This document shows, piece by piece, positions 63,013 to 64,000 of a stretch of 64,000 nucleotides of DNA. The DNA comes from a virus (taxonomy: Duplodnaviria; Heunggongvirae; Uroviricota; Caudoviricetes), in IMG/VR virus record IMGVR_UViG_3300035661_000046, positions 1 through 64,000 of that record. The stretch is one strand, 5' to 3'. The first letter of the stretch is position 1; the number at the start of each line of letters is the position of its first letter. A program made the position numbers and the translations under genes. The notes below the pieces were generated by a model that was not told the DNA's origin, did no database searches, and saw nothing but the letters and a program-made list of their open reading frames with translations.

Positions 63013-63316
63013 CGTTATTCCATTATTTCTAATGGCGTGGACTATACCATCTCTAAGGTCACTGAGTTTTATAGTCTCTACCTTAGGCTCGCCGTGTTAA
63101 TACTACACCTACCATACTTATATGAAGTATACCGTATTCCTAAATGAAAGGTAAGCAGGTAGGGTGTAGTATTCTGCACAAGTGTCTATAAAACACAGTG
63201 CAAGTCTCTGAACCATTTGACAATATCACTACTGCCTCTGGCTGCTGATTGCCCTCGACTATACGTTAGGGTTTCCAGCAATTGAGCGAGTTTTAAAGGG
63301 GCCGATTTTTTAGTTA
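63013..63316 (-). mobile_element. group I intron (ORF-less, ~304 nt) in rtcB, homologous to the DNA polymerase intron
   Basis: It separates ...IIPAAVGV from DLGCGM... (the two are contiguous in RtcB homologs). Predicted P1: exon aggggU paired with intron GCCCCU (U-G at the splice site). The intron starts taactaaaaaatcg and ends in G. It shares the blocks gtggactatacca, gtctctgaaccattt, ctggctgctgattgcc and agggtt.ccagcaattgagcga with the pol intron. Confidence 0.65.
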
Positions 63317-63534
63317 ACCCCTACTGCTGCCGGTATTATAGCTTTATCCGTAGCTATAACTGTTCCAATAGTACTTCCCTTACCTCCGTGAACGTCAGGC
63401 ATAACTGATACTTGTTTGTAGATAAAAGGAAGCCTGGACAAATTCTTAAGCTGAGTTAAAGCTTCATCTTCTATAGTATCTGTCCAGATTTTTATTGGTT
63501 TACCACCGTCTACTATTACTTGTTTAATACTCAT
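63317..63534 (-). CDS. rtcB: RtcB RNA ligase, exon 1
   Basis: LPFIYKQVSVMPDVHGGKGSTIGTVIATDKAIIPAAVGV aligns with E. coli RtcB MPFIFKHIAVMPDVHLGKGSTIGSVIPTKGAIIPAAVGV. Confidence 0.8.
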
Positions 63535-63555
63535 TATTGTTCCCTCAATTTAGGT

Positions 63556-63954
63556 TTAAGTTCTATTACATAACTCTTCTGGAATGTCTACGTTTTCTCC
63601 AAAATGATTAACAGCAAGACACCTCATAGCTGCTATAAGAAGAGTCTTACCTTCAGCGGAAACCATAGGCTTATCCGGATCTAAACCATAATTTATTATA
63701 GCAGTCCAGGTTATACCATTTGGAGTCATACCATTAGTAGTAGTTATTAAATGTTTTTCTATAATAGGTCCACCTTGACAATGAGAAGTAGAAGGGAAGT
63801 ACGAAGTATGTACTCCGAACGTCTTATTTAAAACTCGGACTAAATGGGGGTACTTATTACCACTAAAAATCTTTACTTCTTCCGGACCATATTCTATTTG
63901 AGCCACTACCCATTCTAATGCAGACTCTGTTAACTCTCGTGTTTTAACTAACAT
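63556..63954 (-). CDS. hypothetical protein (tandem paralog, copy 1)
   Basis: 132 aa; the C-terminus GENVDIPEEL resembles the C-terminus of the next, partial, gene. Confidence 0.45.
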   Translation of the reverse strand: MLVKTRELTESALEWVVAQIEYGPEEVKIFSGNKYPHLVRVLNKTFGVHTSYFPSTSHCQGGPIIEKHLITTTNGMTPNGITWTAIINYGLDPDKPMVSAEGKTLLIAAMRCLAVNHFGENVDIPEELCNRT

Positions 63955-63959
63955 TTACT

Positions 63960-64000
63960 AACTCTTCTGGAATGTCCATTTCGCTACCAAACTTACTCTC
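63960..64000 (-). CDS. 3' end of a paralogous gene (partial; continues beyond the window)
   Basis: Minus-strand translation ...ESKFGSEMDIPEELV* has the same C-terminal motif, and the DNA resembles 63541-63600. Confidence 0.35.

Noticed and set aside
62914-63147. + strand 77-aa ORF spanning the rtcB intron and exon junction
   Set aside because: Antisense to rtcB exon 2 and to the intron, with hydrophobic low-complexity composition.

Overview
This window reads as a stretch of a large virulent (lytic) phage genome of a Gram-negative host. It is AT-rich, almost all genes from about 3.5 kb to the end run on the minus strand, and there are no integrase or lysogeny-module hallmarks. I cannot assign a taxon from sequence alone; a Felix O1-like or other large myovirus is a possible match but unproven.

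The left end (1..3492, + strand) finishes a structural/lysis block. It holds a 5'-partial Ser/Thr-rich protein built on 60-bp (20-aa) tandem repeats and an i-spanin/o-spanin pair.

The long minus-strand block is a DNA-metabolism and host-takeover region:
- A family A DNA polymerase split into a separate 3'-5' exonuclease gene and a polymerase gene, the latter interrupted by a ~264-nt ORF-less group I intron.
- A primase-helicase, an XPD/DinG-like Fe-S helicase, a Cas4-like nuclease, two metallophosphoesterases, a RuvC-like and an EndoVII-like resolvase, and a DEDDh exonuclease.
- Class I ribonucleotide reductase (nrdA/nrdB), thyA, dCMP deaminase, a 5'(3')-deoxyribonucleotidase and MazG.
- An NAD+ salvage pair (NAMPT plus bifunctional NMNAT-Nudix).
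- A nucleic-acid repair/ligation set: Rnl1-like and Rnl2-like RNA ligases side by side, an ATP-dependent ligase overlapping a P-loop kinase, and an RtcB gene that is itself interrupted by a second group I intron homologous to the polymerase intron.
- Seven tRNA or tRNA-like genes in three clusters: Leu, Gly, Met, Arg, Gln, a probable Trp, and one aberrant tRNA-like gene with an 18-nt anticodon arm.
- A sigma-70-family sigma factor, which is the only clear + strand gene inside the minus block.

Non-coding highlights:
- A ~600-bp near-perfect palindrome (~215-bp arms around an AT-rich core, with TGTCCA/TGGACA iterons) lies between the polymerase and primase genes and is a candidate replication origin.
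- A 1.4-kb ORF-poor island next to an XRE-type HTH gene contains four copies of the 11-bp palindrome AGAGTAACTCT together with locally GC-rich hairpin blocks.
- A 33-bp-arm inverted repeat encloses a 67-nt GC-rich loop.
- An extended -10 promoter motif (TGGTATAAGAA / TGGTATAAT) recurs upstream of many minus-strand genes.
- Two unrelated genes share a ~45-bp upstream element.
- Several rho-independent terminators.
- A tandem pair of paralogous genes of unknown function.

All functional calls are motif-level inferences from reading the translations; no database search was possible.
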